Source: Polyangiales bacterium (GTDB lineage: Bacteria; Myxococcota_A; Polyangia; Polyangiales; Polyangiaceae). Taken from it: a DNA stretch of 58,040 bases. Location of the stretch: contig JBBRNJ010000059.1 in NCBI GenBank assembly GCA_038230375.1, positions 1 to 58,040 on the forward strand, in the 5' to 3' direction. Made by a program: the position numbers and the translations under genes. This document shows positions 28,213 to 38,363 of the stretch, in pieces (positions within the stretch are counted from its first letter, which is position 1; each line of letters begins with the position of its first letter). The notes below the pieces were generated by a model. It saw nothing but the letters and a program-made list of their open reading frames with translations. It was not told the DNA's origin and did no database searches.

Positions 28213-28728
28213 GTGTCTGGTCTCGCCGCCCCCGAGGTCGCGAAGCTGTACAAGCAGTACGGCCTTCTCCTCGGGAGGCGCGCGCGAATGTTCCTGCGCG
28301 ACGACGCGCTCGCGCAGGACGCAGTGCAAGAGCTCCTCATCGTGCTCCTGCGGAGAGGTGACAGCGTGATGACCGCCGACTCTCCGTATCGCTTCATGTG
28401 TCGCGCGCTCGACCGCGTCTGCATCGACCTCTGCCGCAAGAACCACAAGACGCAGAGCGCCGTTTCGCTCGAAGACGCAGACGACATCGGGGCAGCCCCT
28501 GGCATCGACGTGGACGCCCGACGCACGGTCCTCCAGTCCCTCGCCCGGCTCGGTGAACGTGAGCAGGCCGTTGCTGTCGCCGTCTTCGTGGACGGACTCA
28601 GCCAGGGTGAAGCCGCAGACGAGCTCGGCGTGTCGCGCGTCACCGTCAACAAGGACGTCCAGAAGATCCGCGCACAACTCTCTTACGATTTCCCACGCAG
28701 CGAAGGCGGAAAGGAGCTCTCGCCATGA
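28213..28728 (+). CDS. ECF sigma factor
   Basis: LAQDAVQE region 2 and DGLSQGEAADELGVSRVTV region 4. Confidence 0.9.
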   Translation: MSGLAAPEVAKLYKQYGLLLGRRARMFLRDDALAQDAVQELLIVLLRRGDSVMTADSPYRFMCRALDRVCIDLCRKNHKTQSAVSLEDADDIGAAPGIDVDARRTVLQSLARLGEREQAVAVAVFVDGLSQGEAADELGVSRVTVNKDVQKIRAQLSYDFPRSEGGKELSP

Positions 28729-29609
28729 CCGCCTCCTTGCATACCTCGCAGAGCCATCCCCCGAGCATCGATCTAGAAGCGTTCGCCTGCGGCGAGCAAA
28801 ACGACACCGTCGCAGCCCACGTCGCCACCTGCGACTCCTGCAAAGCCTTCACAACCGAGATCGAGTCCGCCACCAGGACCTTCGCAATCGACCCCACCAT
28901 CGACGAGATGGTCGCGCGCCTCGCCGCCTCCGCATCCAAGGAGCCCGGCGAGTCCCACGTCCCGGTCCCCAGCCCCGTGAACGTGAACGTGAACGTGAAC
29001 GTGCCCGGCTCGCCAACCGCGACCCCCGCACCGACCCCGATCCGGCGTCTGGATACCGCGCTCCGCGTCCTCCCCTTCCTCGCGATGGCCGCCGGCGTCC
29101 TCCTCTGGATGCGCCTCTCCGAGACCACCCCCGATCTCCATCCTCAGGCCTCCCCCGTCGCGGCGAACACGTCCCAGACGAACACGGACACCACTGGAAC
29201 TGCGTTCAAGGGCGGCACGCAGCTCGCCGTGATCCGCGAGCGCGATGGCACCCAGAAGCGCTTCACCGGTGAAGTCCCCGTCCGAAAGGGCGATCGCCTG
29301 CGAATCGAGGTTGCGCTCGACCATTCCGCGAACATACTCGGCGGTGTGCTCGCCGAAGACGGAACGTTCCTCGACCTACTCCACGAAGGACAGCGTGGAA
29401 CGGGTACGTTTTACTCCGAAGAAGCCGCGCGCTTCGACGACTCGCCCACGCGTGGGTACGTGATCGTCGGCCCGAAGGACATCATCGAGCAGGCGCGCGC
29501 CAACTTCCCCAAGCTCGCGCCATCGCCCGGCGCAGGCCCGTTCGACGCTCCAAGCTCTAACTCCCGCGAAGGCACCGCCAGCTTGCGCGTCGTGTGGGAA
29601 GGGCCATGA
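28725..29609 (+). CDS. Putative anti-sigma factor (HxxxCxxC, one TM, DUF4384-like domain)
   Basis: HVATCDSC, TM segment, FKGG...KGDRLRIEV. ATGA overlap with the sigma gene. Confidence 0.8.
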   Translation: MTASLHTSQSHPPSIDLEAFACGEQNDTVAAHVATCDSCKAFTTEIESATRTFAIDPTIDEMVARLAASASKEPGESHVPVPSPVNVNVNVNVPGSPTATPAPTPIRRLDTALRVLPFLAMAAGVLLWMRLSETTPDLHPQASPVAANTSQTNTDTTGTAFKGGTQLAVIRERDGTQKRFTGEVPVRKGDRLRIEVALDHSANILGGVLAEDGTFLDLLHEGQRGTGTFYSEEAARFDDSPTRGYVIVGPKDIIEQARANFPKLAPSPGAGPFDAPSSNSREGTASLRVVWEGP

Positions 29610-31231
29610 AGAAGCGACAGCTCCTGGTCTCCGCACTCGCCGCCGCGACGTCGTTCGCGGCCATCGGCGTTTTGTGCGCCGGCGAAGCGCACGCAGAGCC
29701 GGTGCGGTTGCTCGTGTCGGTCTCGCACACGCAGGGCCTGGCCGCGGAGCGTCCGCTGAAGTACGCCGACGCCGACGCGTCGCGCGTGCGTGACGTGATG
29801 GTCCAGATGGGCGGCGTGAAGCCGGAGAACGCCACGGTGCTCGCGGAGCCAACGCTCACCCAGCTGGACGCAGCGCTCGACAAGCTGAAGACGGACGCGA
29901 AGAAGCACCCGCCCGAGGACGTCACGATCATCTTCTATTTCAGCGGCCACGGCGATCGCGAGGCGATCCACCTGGGAGAGAACCGCGTCCTTGTCTCCGA
30001 GCTCTCCGCGCGCCTGAACCAGGTGCCGGCCACGCTGCGTATTGTCGTCACGGATGCCTGCCGCTCGTCGCGCGAGAAGGGCATGACCGCGGAGCCCGCC
30101 TTCCCGATCTCCCTTGGTCTGCTTCCTTCCGCGCGCGGAAGCGTGTGGCTGAACGCCGCGAGCGACGGAGAGGCCGCGCAGGAATCCGACGAGCTGCAAG
30201 GCGCGATCTTCACGCACGCATGGCTGAACGGCCTGCGTGGCGCGGCGGACGCCAACGGTGATTCACGCGTCACCCTCGACGAGTCATTCGCATTCGCGCA
30301 TTCGCAGACGGTGCTTCGCTCTGCGAAGTCGCTCGGTGTCATCCAGAAGCCGGAAGCTGTGATGTCGCTCACGGAGACCACGCCGGTGGTGCTCACGCAG
30401 ACCGCCACGCGTCAGGCGATCGTCAGCTTGCCCGCTGCGCGCGACACGCACTACCTGGTGTACGCCGCCGGCGCGAAGAGCGTGCTTGCGGAGATCTGGG
30501 GCGCGGAGGAGCGTCGCACGGCGCTCTCGCTTCCCGCGGGGCGCTACCTGGTCCACCGTCGCATGAACGGCGTCGGCGGGCTCGCGCACCTCAGCATCAA
30601 CGAGGGTGAGCAGCGCAGCCTGGAGTCGGTCGACTTCGCGCCGGCGTCGCTCGAGGCACTCGCCCGCAAGGGTGGGGACGAGAACGTGGACAGCGGCACC
30701 GAGAAGCGCGCCCGGCCCATCACCTACGACGTCTTCGCTGGCTACACGCTGGGCACGAACAGCCGGAACCCCATCGTGCACGGTCCGGAGCTCGGCATCA
30801 GCTACACGCCGGGCGCGCCCAGCTGGTGGGCACTGACCGCCGGCGCCGGGATGGAGCTCGCGAACCGCACCACGTCCGACAGCACCGAATCCACGCTCAC
30901 ACCGATCGCGCGCGTGGGCTGGGAGCCGCGGCTACACCTGGGACGCGCTGTGCTGTTCGTGAGCGGCGGCGCGCGCGCTGGCGTCATCATCCAGACGGTG
31001 AAGCGCAACGACGCAGCGCAGCTCGCGCGCGGCGGCTACACCACGAGCCAGACGCAGTCCGCGTTCACCTTCGGACCGGAGCTCCGTGCGGGCGCACGCG
31101 TCGGCTTCCTGGGCGACCGCCTCTTCCTCACCCTCGCAGCGTCCGGCGACCTTGGCGTGTTCCAGGAGTCGGGTTCCACGAAGGCGATTCCCACCGTGGG
31201 CGGGCTGCTCGCGCTCGGTGGCTCCTTCTAG
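29606..31231 (+). CDS. Secreted caspase-family (peptidase C14) protein with probable C-terminal beta-barrel
   Basis: Signal peptide, YFSGHG and DACRS dyad, AQESD, GLRGAADANGD, amphipathic strands ending in F. Confidence 0.88.
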   Translation: MKKRQLLVSALAAATSFAAIGVLCAGEAHAEPVRLLVSVSHTQGLAAERPLKYADADASRVRDVMVQMGGVKPENATVLAEPTLTQLDAALDKLKTDAKKHPPEDVTIIFYFSGHGDREAIHLGENRVLVSELSARLNQVPATLRIVVTDACRSSREKGMTAEPAFPISLGLLPSARGSVWLNAASDGEAAQESDELQGAIFTHAWLNGLRGAADANGDSRVTLDESFAFAHSQTVLRSAKSLGVIQKPEAVMSLTETTPVVLTQTATRQAIVSLPAARDTHYLVYAAGAKSVLAEIWGAEERRTALSLPAGRYLVHRRMNGVGGLAHLSINEGEQRSLESVDFAPASLEALARKGGDENVDSGTEKRARPITYDVFAGYTLGTNSRNPIVHGPELGISYTPGAPSWWALTAGAGMELANRTTSDSTESTLTPIARVGWEPRLHLGRAVLFVSGGARAGVIIQTVKRNDAAQLARGGYTTSQTQSAFTFGPELRAGARVGFLGDRLFLTLAASGDLGVFQESGSTKAIPTVGGLLALGGSF

Positions 31232-31458
31232 AAGCTCAGACTCCGTAGGCCTTGGCTGCGGCCAGGCCGCAGGCGAACACGAGCGCCGCGACGAACAGAA
31301 GAGCGGGGTTGCGTTGGCCCATAGCCCACCCTACGCACCACCCCTCCGTCTGGTTCCGCAGGACGCACATTTCAGGTGCGCCCGGCCCCGTTTCCCTCGA
31401 GAGATCGCGCCCTACGCGGGTGATCGATCCGCTGCACACACCTCCGCGTAGGGAGGGC

Positions 31459-32493
31459 ATGGGGCGCAACTTCGTTCGCATCTCCTTCTCGCTTCTCTTG
31501 CTCTTCGCCTCCTTGTTACTGCCCCGCCTTGCGGCCGCTCACGCCATTGGGGTCTCCAATGGCGAGTACGCAGCCGACGCGGACGGCATCGACGCCAAGA
31601 TCATCTTTGCGCGCGGTGATGCTAGCGAGCTCGCGCTCGCGGACGCTCTCCTGGTCTCGCGTGGCGGCGTTCGCTGCGACGGCGTGCTCGGCAACGCGAC
31701 ACCCACCGAAGCAGATGGCCTCATGGTGCACGGCCGTTTCTCCTGTCCGAAGGGTGATCTCGCGATCGATGTCGAGGCGCGGTTCCTCTCCGAGCTCTCC
31801 TTCGGGCACCGCCACATTGCACATGCCAGCAGCGGCGACGACGTCCTCTTTCGTGCCCACCCCAGCTTCGCGATCACGGCCCCTTCGGCGACGACCCGCG
31901 CGGACGGCACCAGCGCTGCGGAGCCGCGAAACAAGGAGTCTGCGCGCACCGCGTTCGGCTTCTTCCGCATGGGGCTCGAGCACATCCTGACCGGATACGA
32001 CCACCTGGTCTTCCTCTTCGGTCTCGTGCTCGTGCGCGGCCGCGTGCGCTCCATGCTCGCCATCGTGACGGCGTTCACCATCGCGCATTCGGTCACGCTC
32101 GCCATTGCCACGCTCGGTTGGTACACGCCAAGCCCCAGGCTCGTGGAGCCGGCGATCGCGCTTTCGATCGCCTACGTGGGCGTGGAGAACTTCCTGGTGA
32201 AGAGCGCGAAGGGACGCTTCCGCATCACCTTCCCCTTCGGGCTCATTCACGGCTTCGGTTTCGCGAGCGCGCTGCGCGAGCTGCAGCTGCCGCGGAGCGA
32301 CCTTCCCATGGCGCTTGCAACGTTCAACCTGGGCGTGGAGTCGGGACAGGTGCTCTGCATGTCGCTCCTCCTGCCCGCGGTGTGGTTCCTGCGCGAGCGC
32401 ACGGCGTTCTCGCTCCGCGGCATGAAGGTCCTGTCCGCAGCCGTGGCCGCGATGGGTGGCGTGTGGTTCGTGGCGCGCGTGATGTCGTCTTGA
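31459..32493 (+). CDS. HupE/UreJ family protein
   Basis: GLEHILTGYDHLVFL, FTIAHSVT, FGLIHGFGFA, FNLGVE. Confidence 0.92.
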   Translation: MGRNFVRISFSLLLLFASLLLPRLAAAHAIGVSNGEYAADADGIDAKIIFARGDASELALADALLVSRGGVRCDGVLGNATPTEADGLMVHGRFSCPKGDLAIDVEARFLSELSFGHRHIAHASSGDDVLFRAHPSFAITAPSATTRADGTSAAEPRNKESARTAFGFFRMGLEHILTGYDHLVFLFGLVLVRGRVRSMLAIVTAFTIAHSVTLAIATLGWYTPSPRLVEPAIALSIAYVGVENFLVKSAKGRFRITFPFGLIHGFGFASALRELQLPRSDLPMALATFNLGVESGQVLCMSLLLPAVWFLRERTAFSLRGMKVLSAAVAAMGGVWFVARVMSS

Positions 32494-32519
32494 CTGGAAC
32501 TCGTGTAGACCTCTCATCC

Positions 32520-33482
32520 ATGACCCGAACGGCAACGGCTCACCTGCTGACAGCGATCTCGGCGGCCCTCGTCGTCGCCGGTTGCCCGAGCACGAACGAC
32601 GCATCGAGCAAGGACGCTTCCGCCGCGACCATCGTGACATCGCGCGATGCAGGCGCGGACGCAGAGGCAGACGACGACGTGCGGCCTGTCTACGACGTCT
32701 CGCCGAACGAGCCGCCCGAGCCGCACGCGCTACGCCTGTGCAAGGCGCTCAGCGAGGTGCAAGAGCAGAAGCGCGCGGCCTGCTGCAAGATCGCGCCAGG
32801 CATCGTTCTCACCGACGAGTGCTCGCGCATGCTCGGCGCAGCAGTCCGTACGCATGCCGTCACGCTGGCGGATGCGGACATCGACGCGTGCATCTCCGCG
32901 CTGGAGAAGCGCTACGACGGCTGCGACTGGGTGGGCCCCTTCCCTCCCGGACCACCGCCGGAGTGCACGGGCCTCGTGAAGGGCTCGCTCGCGGACGGCG
33001 CGCGGTGCCGCTCCACGGTCGAGTGCGCCGGCGCATCTCACTGCGCTGGACTCACCCCCACCCGCGCGGGCCGCTGTACTGCACCCTCATCCGACAGCGC
33101 GCCGTGCGGCGGCACCGTGGACCCGCTCGTGGGCTTCGCGCGACAGAGCAGCGCGGAGAAGACCCACCCGGAGTGCGAGCATCGCTGCATCCAGCACAAG
33201 TGCGGAGCCCCCTCGAAGGACGGCGCCACGTGCTCGATCGCGGCCGAGTGCGAGGACGGCTCGCAGTGCATCGCCAAGAAGTGCGCAAAGGCCGCGCCCG
33301 CGAAGGCCGGACAACCGTGCCCCGGCGGGCTCTGCGAGTCACCAGCGGAGTGTATCCAGGGCGTGTGTGGCTCGAAGAAGGCCGCGGGCGAGACCTGCAG
33401 CGCCGATTTCGAATGCAAGGGCGGCTGTCGAAAGGCCGACGCTGGCAAGGGCACCTGCGGCCCGCGCTGCGACGTGCGCTGA
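32520..33482 (+). CDS. Cys-rich lipoprotein
   Basis: VAGC lipobox, repeated GxxCxxxxEC units. Confidence 0.8.
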   Translation: MTRTATAHLLTAISAALVVAGCPSTNDASSKDASAATIVTSRDAGADAEADDDVRPVYDVSPNEPPEPHALRLCKALSEVQEQKRAACCKIAPGIVLTDECSRMLGAAVRTHAVTLADADIDACISALEKRYDGCDWVGPFPPGPPPECTGLVKGSLADGARCRSTVECAGASHCAGLTPTRAGRCTAPSSDSAPCGGTVDPLVGFARQSSAEKTHPECEHRCIQHKCGAPSKDGATCSIAAECEDGSQCIAKKCAKAAPAKAGQPCPGGLCESPAECIQGVCGSKKAAGETCSADFECKGGCRKADAGKGTCGPRCDVR

Positions 33483-33496
33483 TCGACCATCACGAC

Positions 33497-35062
33497 TCAG
33501 TGGCTCAGAAACATCGACTTCGCGGGGTTCGCTTGCGCGGTCGTCGGTGCGTGCGCGCCGGGGCCATTCACGTAGTCCAGATCCGCCTGCGCGGTCCGCG
33601 CCTCTGTCGAGACGGGCGGGCTCGCCGTGCTCGCGACTGGCTCCGCAGCTGCGGCCGCCGTGTCGTCGCTGCCCTTCTCTTCCGGCAACGGCGGGAGCCA
33701 CGTCTCGTCGAAGCCGGGCGGAACAGCGTAGATCTCGTTGGTGGCGGGGTACGTGTCGGTCGTCTTCTCCGTGCGTTGCTCGCCGGTCTTGTAGGTGAGC
33801 ACGCGCGAGCGCTTGATCTTGTAGCCGCGAATGCCGTGCTGCTTGATGCGCACCTTGCGACCAGAGAGATCGGGCTCCTCGATCACCTTGCGGCCATAGG
33901 GGATCGTCTCGACGAGCTCGCGCCCGAAGCCGACGGTGACGGGTCGCTCGCGCCCCAGGAACTGGATCGTGAGCTTGTTCGCCGTGGTCTTCGTGTGCAC
34001 GACGATCGCGAACGGATGCGGGTTCTTGATCTTGAGATCGACGGACGGGTACACGACGGTGGAGTCGAGGCCCATGGGGATGTACGCGCTCGGACGTGAG
34101 TGCGGCAGCCGCTCGAGCACGTCGAGCCCGCCGAAGAATGCAGCGGCGTGGAATGTGGACGCGACCTGACACGTGCCGCCTCCGACGCCCTCTACCATCT
34201 CACCCTTGAAGATCTCCCAGCTCTTCTGGAACCCGTTCTCTTCGCTGCGCTCGCCCACCAGCTGGTTGAAGCTCACGAGCTCGCCGGGAAAGAGGACGGT
34301 GCCGTCGAGCTTGCCTGCTGCGTTGTCGATATTCTTTCCGCGCCGAGCTTGATCGCCGCCACGGGAGAAGAAGGTCTCGTACTCGCTGACGACCGCGCTC
34401 ACGTCGAGATCCATCAGGAACGTGGACGAGACGCGCGGCTTCACCGTCGCCACATGCAACACGAGCTTGTCCTTGCCGGACTCCGCAACGTGGAGAAGCT
34501 CCGACACGCCGTCGTGCGTGAGGAGGCTGCGCCCGGGCACCTCGGTCTGTACGCCGCGCTTGTCCAGATCCATGCGCGCGGAGATCGCGCCGCGGTCCGT
34601 CTTGTCGCGCAGGCCCTCGAGCACGGAGAGCGCGCGCGCGTCGTCAAGGATGAGGACCAGCGGGACGTCGATCTCACCGGCGCGAGCGCGCTTCACGTGG
34701 TCGATGCGTGCAAGCAGATCGTCATCGCGGCCGACCGCGTTCACCCGAGCGACCGTCGAAGGTTCGTCGACCGACACGCCGAGATCACCCAGCGTGGTGC
34801 GCAGGAGCACGGTCTCAGGGTCTGCGTCGGAAGTGACATCCACATGACGTCCAAGGAGAAGCGACCCGCGACCGTGGACGAGCGTCACCAGATCGTCCGC
34901 GGGGCTCGTGCCGTCGATGATCGCCGCGAGCGTGCTTCCGTCAACGCGAATGCCGGGAAGTGGCTGAGATTCGGGCGCAAAGCGGCGCTTCGCCATGACG
35001 CCCCCACCTGCGATGAGGGAGCCCAGAGTGACGAGGACGATCGCGCGGCCGATGAAACCCAT
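33497..35062 (-). CDS. VanW family protein
   Basis: SFNQLVGERS, GVGGGTCQVAST, ERLPHS, YIPMGLDSTV, N-terminal TM. Confidence 0.92.
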   Translation of the reverse strand: MGFIGRAIVLVTLGSLIAGGGVMAKRRFAPESQPLPGIRVDGSTLAAIIDGTSPADDLVTLVHGRGSLLLGRHVDVTSDADPETVLLRTTLGDLGVSVDEPSTVARVNAVGRDDDLLARIDHVKRARAGEIDVPLVLILDDARALSVLEGLRDKTDRGAISARMDLDKRGVQTEVPGRSLLTHDGVSELLHVAESGKDKLVLHVATVKPRVSSTFLMDLDVSAVVSEYETFFSRGGDQARRGKNIDNAAGKLDGTVLFPGELVSFNQLVGERSEENGFQKSWEIFKGEMVEGVGGGTCQVASTFHAAAFFGGLDVLERLPHSRPSAYIPMGLDSTVVYPSVDLKIKNPHPFAIVVHTKTTANKLTIQFLGRERPVTVGFGRELVETIPYGRKVIEEPDLSGRKVRIKQHGIRGYKIKRSRVLTYKTGEQRTEKTTDTYPATNEIYAVPPGFDETWLPPLPEEKGSDDTAAAAAEPVASTASPPVSTEARTAQADLDYVNGPGAHAPTTAQANPAKSMFLSH

Positions 35063-35352
35063 GTGACAAACAGAACGCCCGACCGGGCTGACCCTCATCC
35101 CGTGGACGGCTGCAAGACTACCGCATCAGACCCTTTCGTCACCAGTTGCCCTGTCAGTTGTCGCGCGATCCCCTACATCGAGGCAAAAAAACAGACACGC
35201 AAACACAAGCAGTTTGGGCCAGAGTGATCCCTGGACGGGCCCTGGGAACGTCACGGTATGATGGGGTGCTCGAACAGGGACTGAATGAACACGTCGGAGA
35301 GCCCAAAGGGCGAAGCGCTTGTGCAAAACGACCGACTCCCGGGAGGGAAGTT

Positions 35353-37089
35353 TTGAAGATTTGCGCCCAGTGCAAGATGCGTTACCCGAACGAAGCAACA
35401 TACTGCTTCGTCGAGGGCGCAGAGCTGTCGCCTCTGCCGGATCCACGGATCGGCACGATGTTGGCCGGGCGGTACGTCATCGAGGACGTGATCGGCGAAG
35501 GCGGCATGGCCACTGTGTACGGGGCGGTCCATAAGCTGACCGGGCGTCCTGTCGCGATCAAGATCATGAACCCCATGCTCGCGACGGACGTGGTCGTCCG
35601 CGAGCGGTTCAGACGCGAGGCGAAGAACGCGCAGAAGCTCGCGCACCCGAACATCATCGACATCTTCGATCAAGGCGACACGGAGGACGGCACGGCCTAC
35701 ATCGTCATGGAGCGCCTGAACGGCGAGTCCCTGGCCGAGGTGGTGGCCCGCGGTCCGATGGACGTCGACCGCGCCATCAGGCTCATGTCGCAGATCGCGC
35801 GCGCACTGGCCCGCGCCCACGACCTGGAGATCATCCACCGCGATCTGAAGCCGGAGAACGTCTTCATCTGCAAGCGCGAGGACAGCGAGGTCGCGAAGCT
35901 GCTCGACTTCGGCATCGCGAAATCGCGCTTCGATTCGCGCCTCACCAACCAGGGTGAGCTCTTCGGAACGCCGCAGTACATGGCGCCGGAGCGCATCACC
36001 GGCAAGGACCCTGGGCCGGCATCCGACCTGTACGCGCTCGGCGTGGTCTTCTTCGAGATGCTCACCGGCGAGCTCCCGTTCAACGCGCCTGACATCGCCA
36101 CGTTCTTCGTGAAGCACATGAGCGAGCCGCCGCCGCACGTGCGCCTGAAGAACCCCAAGGTGCCAGAGGAGCTCGACGGGCTGATCATCGCGCTGCTCGC
36201 GAAGGATCCGAAGGAGCGCCCCGTGGACGCGCACCGCGTGTACCAGGACCTCACCGGCCTCATGGAAGTGCGCGCCATCCCGCCCGCACCGGAGACCGTG
36301 GAGGAGCCGGAGTTCGTCTCCGACGACGAGCCCGCCACCCTTGCGAACGCCGGCGTGGACAGCTGGAACAAGCGCACGCGCGTCTTCGAGGAGATGCTGC
36401 GACGCGCCTACGGCAGCCGCGGACGGGCGCCGCGCGAGCTGACGGACGTGCTCGACAAGGTGAACTACGTGGTCGACCGCCTGGCCACGCTGCGCTCAGA
36501 CGGCATGGAAGATCAGTTCAAGATGGAGGAGATCGACCAGCGCGGCCGCGAAGGGCGGCTCACGCGTGGTGCCGCCGTCGACTCGCTCGGCGTCGATCTA
36601 TCTCGCTCGCGCGAGGTGGTCCGCGATCTCCAGAACCGCGTGAAATCCACGGCCGACGACACCGCAGCAGCGGCGGCGGCATACCAGGCGACCCAGAAAG
36701 ACATCCTCCACTGGGAGGGGCGCTCGGCCGGCATGGAGCCGTACTCGGACCTTGCCGACGCATACCGCGCAGCAGCCACTACCGTGGACGCGTGGCTCGT
36801 TGCACGAAAGCGCGAGCTCGCCACCCAGCGCGCGCTGGCGGACGCGGAGCGCGCATCGACGGACATCGACTTCCAGATCCGCGAGCTGCGCCAGGGCCTG
36901 GGCGCGCACCAGTCCGAGATGGAGAAGGAGCGCGAGCAGACAGAGGACAAGCTGAAGCGGATCGGCAACGAGACCATGGCGCTCGAGCAGCAGCTGATGG
37001 AGCTCACCTCGAACTTCACGCAGCCCTTGCGCGCCATGCCCATGCTCGAGCCGCTCTTCAAGGAGCTCGAGAGCCTCGCCGCTGCGTGA
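35353..37089 (+). CDS. Ser/Thr protein kinase with C-terminal coiled coil
   Basis: GEGGMATVY, VAIK, HRDLKPEN, DFG, GTPQYMAPE. TTG start after GGAGG. Confidence 0.95.
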   Translation: MKICAQCKMRYPNEATYCFVEGAELSPLPDPRIGTMLAGRYVIEDVIGEGGMATVYGAVHKLTGRPVAIKIMNPMLATDVVVRERFRREAKNAQKLAHPNIIDIFDQGDTEDGTAYIVMERLNGESLAEVVARGPMDVDRAIRLMSQIARALARAHDLEIIHRDLKPENVFICKREDSEVAKLLDFGIAKSRFDSRLTNQGELFGTPQYMAPERITGKDPGPASDLYALGVVFFEMLTGELPFNAPDIATFFVKHMSEPPPHVRLKNPKVPEELDGLIIALLAKDPKERPVDAHRVYQDLTGLMEVRAIPPAPETVEEPEFVSDDEPATLANAGVDSWNKRTRVFEEMLRRAYGSRGRAPRELTDVLDKVNYVVDRLATLRSDGMEDQFKMEEIDQRGREGRLTRGAAVDSLGVDLSRSREVVRDLQNRVKSTADDTAAAAAAYQATQKDILHWEGRSAGMEPYSDLADAYRAAATTVDAWLVARKRELATQRALADAERASTDIDFQIRELRQGLGAHQSEMEKEREQTEDKLKRIGNETMALEQQLMELTSNFTQPLRAMPMLEPLFKELESLAAA

Positions 37090-37123
37090 TCCGCCACGCG
37101 TCCATGACGAGCCACCTGGGCAG

Positions 37124-38356
37124 ATGAGGCGCTCGTTCTCGCATGTCGTCTATGGCGGTGCGCATCTCTTCTCGCAACGCACACCGCAAAAGCTCGGGGA
37201 GCTCGCGATAGCGGCGTGGGAGAAGCTCGCGCGCTCCGACGAAGACCTGCGCGCGTCCTTCGGTGAACGCAGCGCGGAGGTCTACGCACGCGCCGAGAAG
37301 AAGCTCCGCGCGCAGCCCGTCTGCGACGTCCGGATCGACTTCGAGGATGGCTATGGCGTGCGCGCCCTGGAGGAGGAGACCCGGGACGCCGCGCGCACCG
37401 GCAGGGAGCTCGCGGCGGTGACTGCCACGGACAGCGCGGGAGGCACCAGCGGCGGCGCCGCGTTCGGGATTCGCATCCGTGCGCTGCGCCCTGGAACTCA
37501 AGCGCGCTCCCTTGGCGTATTAGATGTATTTTGCACACAATTTTTGGAGGCAAAGGGGACGCTACCCGCGGACTTCGCGGTGACGCTGCCCAAGGTGCGG
37601 AGCAAGACCGAGGTCGTGGCCTTGGTCTCCGCGCTGGCCACGCTGGAGGCGCGATTGGGGCTTCCCCGCATCAGCGTGGAGCTCATGGCGGAGACGCGAG
37701 AGGCCGCGGATCCGGCGGAGCTGTCTTCGTGGATTGGCGCGGCGGAGGGACGTTTGCGCTCGCTTCATCTGGGCGCCTACGACTTCCTCAGCGAGCTCGG
37801 TGTCCTTGCGCGGTCGCACCGCCTGCACCACCCGTACACGGATGCGCTCCGCACCGCGATGAAGCTTGCCACCGTGGACACGGACGTGGACGTGTTCGAC
37901 GGCGCGACCACCCTGCTCCCGATCGAAGGCGGGAGGAAGAAGGACGGCACCCCCATGACTCCGGCGGAGGAACAAGAGAGCCGCATGCGCGTGCATGCTG
38001 CGTTCGCCGCACACGTACGGGACGTGGCGGAGTCGCTGGACAAAGGGTTTCTTGCGTCGTGGATCCTCTATCCGGCACAGCTGGTGAGTCACGCGGTGGC
38101 GCAGGCGTCGTTCTACGTGGACGAGCTGCCAAGGAGCCAGAAGCGCCTCGCGAACTTCGTGACGGAGTCCGCGCGCGCGACGGCGGTGGGGACGTCGTTC
38201 GATGATCGCGCCACGGCGCGCGGGCTGGTCTCCTTCTTTGCGCGTGGCCTTGGCTCCGGCGTGCTCACGAAGGAAGACCTGGGCACGCTCGCCCCGCACG
38301 AGGCCGCGATCCGCGCCGGCGACGTGGACGCGCTCGTTACGATCGCCGGCTCCTAG
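37124..38356 (+). CDS. HpcH/citrate lyase beta-like (DUF6986-type) protein
   Basis: HVVYGGAHLF, DVRIDFEDGYG, VTLPKV, HLGAYD, DGATT, TAVGTSFDDRATARGL. Confidence 0.75.
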   Translation: MRRSFSHVVYGGAHLFSQRTPQKLGELAIAAWEKLARSDEDLRASFGERSAEVYARAEKKLRAQPVCDVRIDFEDGYGVRALEEETRDAARTGRELAAVTATDSAGGTSGGAAFGIRIRALRPGTQARSLGVLDVFCTQFLEAKGTLPADFAVTLPKVRSKTEVVALVSALATLEARLGLPRISVELMAETREAADPAELSSWIGAAEGRLRSLHLGAYDFLSELGVLARSHRLHHPYTDALRTAMKLATVDTDVDVFDGATTLLPIEGGRKKDGTPMTPAEEQESRMRVHAAFAAHVRDVAESLDKGFLASWILYPAQLVSHAVAQASFYVDELPRSQKRLANFVTESARATAVGTSFDDRATARGLVSFFARGLGSGVLTKEDLGTLAPHEAAIRAGDVDALVTIAGS

Positions 38357-38363
38357 ACAGCGC

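Noticed and set aside
28976..29003. (GTGAAC)n in the anti-sigma gene and the PT repeat at 23232-23274 as phase-variation switches
   Set aside because: The units are multiples of three in linker or tail regions, so length change would not shift the frame.
33497..35062. Vancomycin resistance locus
   Set aside because: VanW domains are widespread and no other van genes are present.
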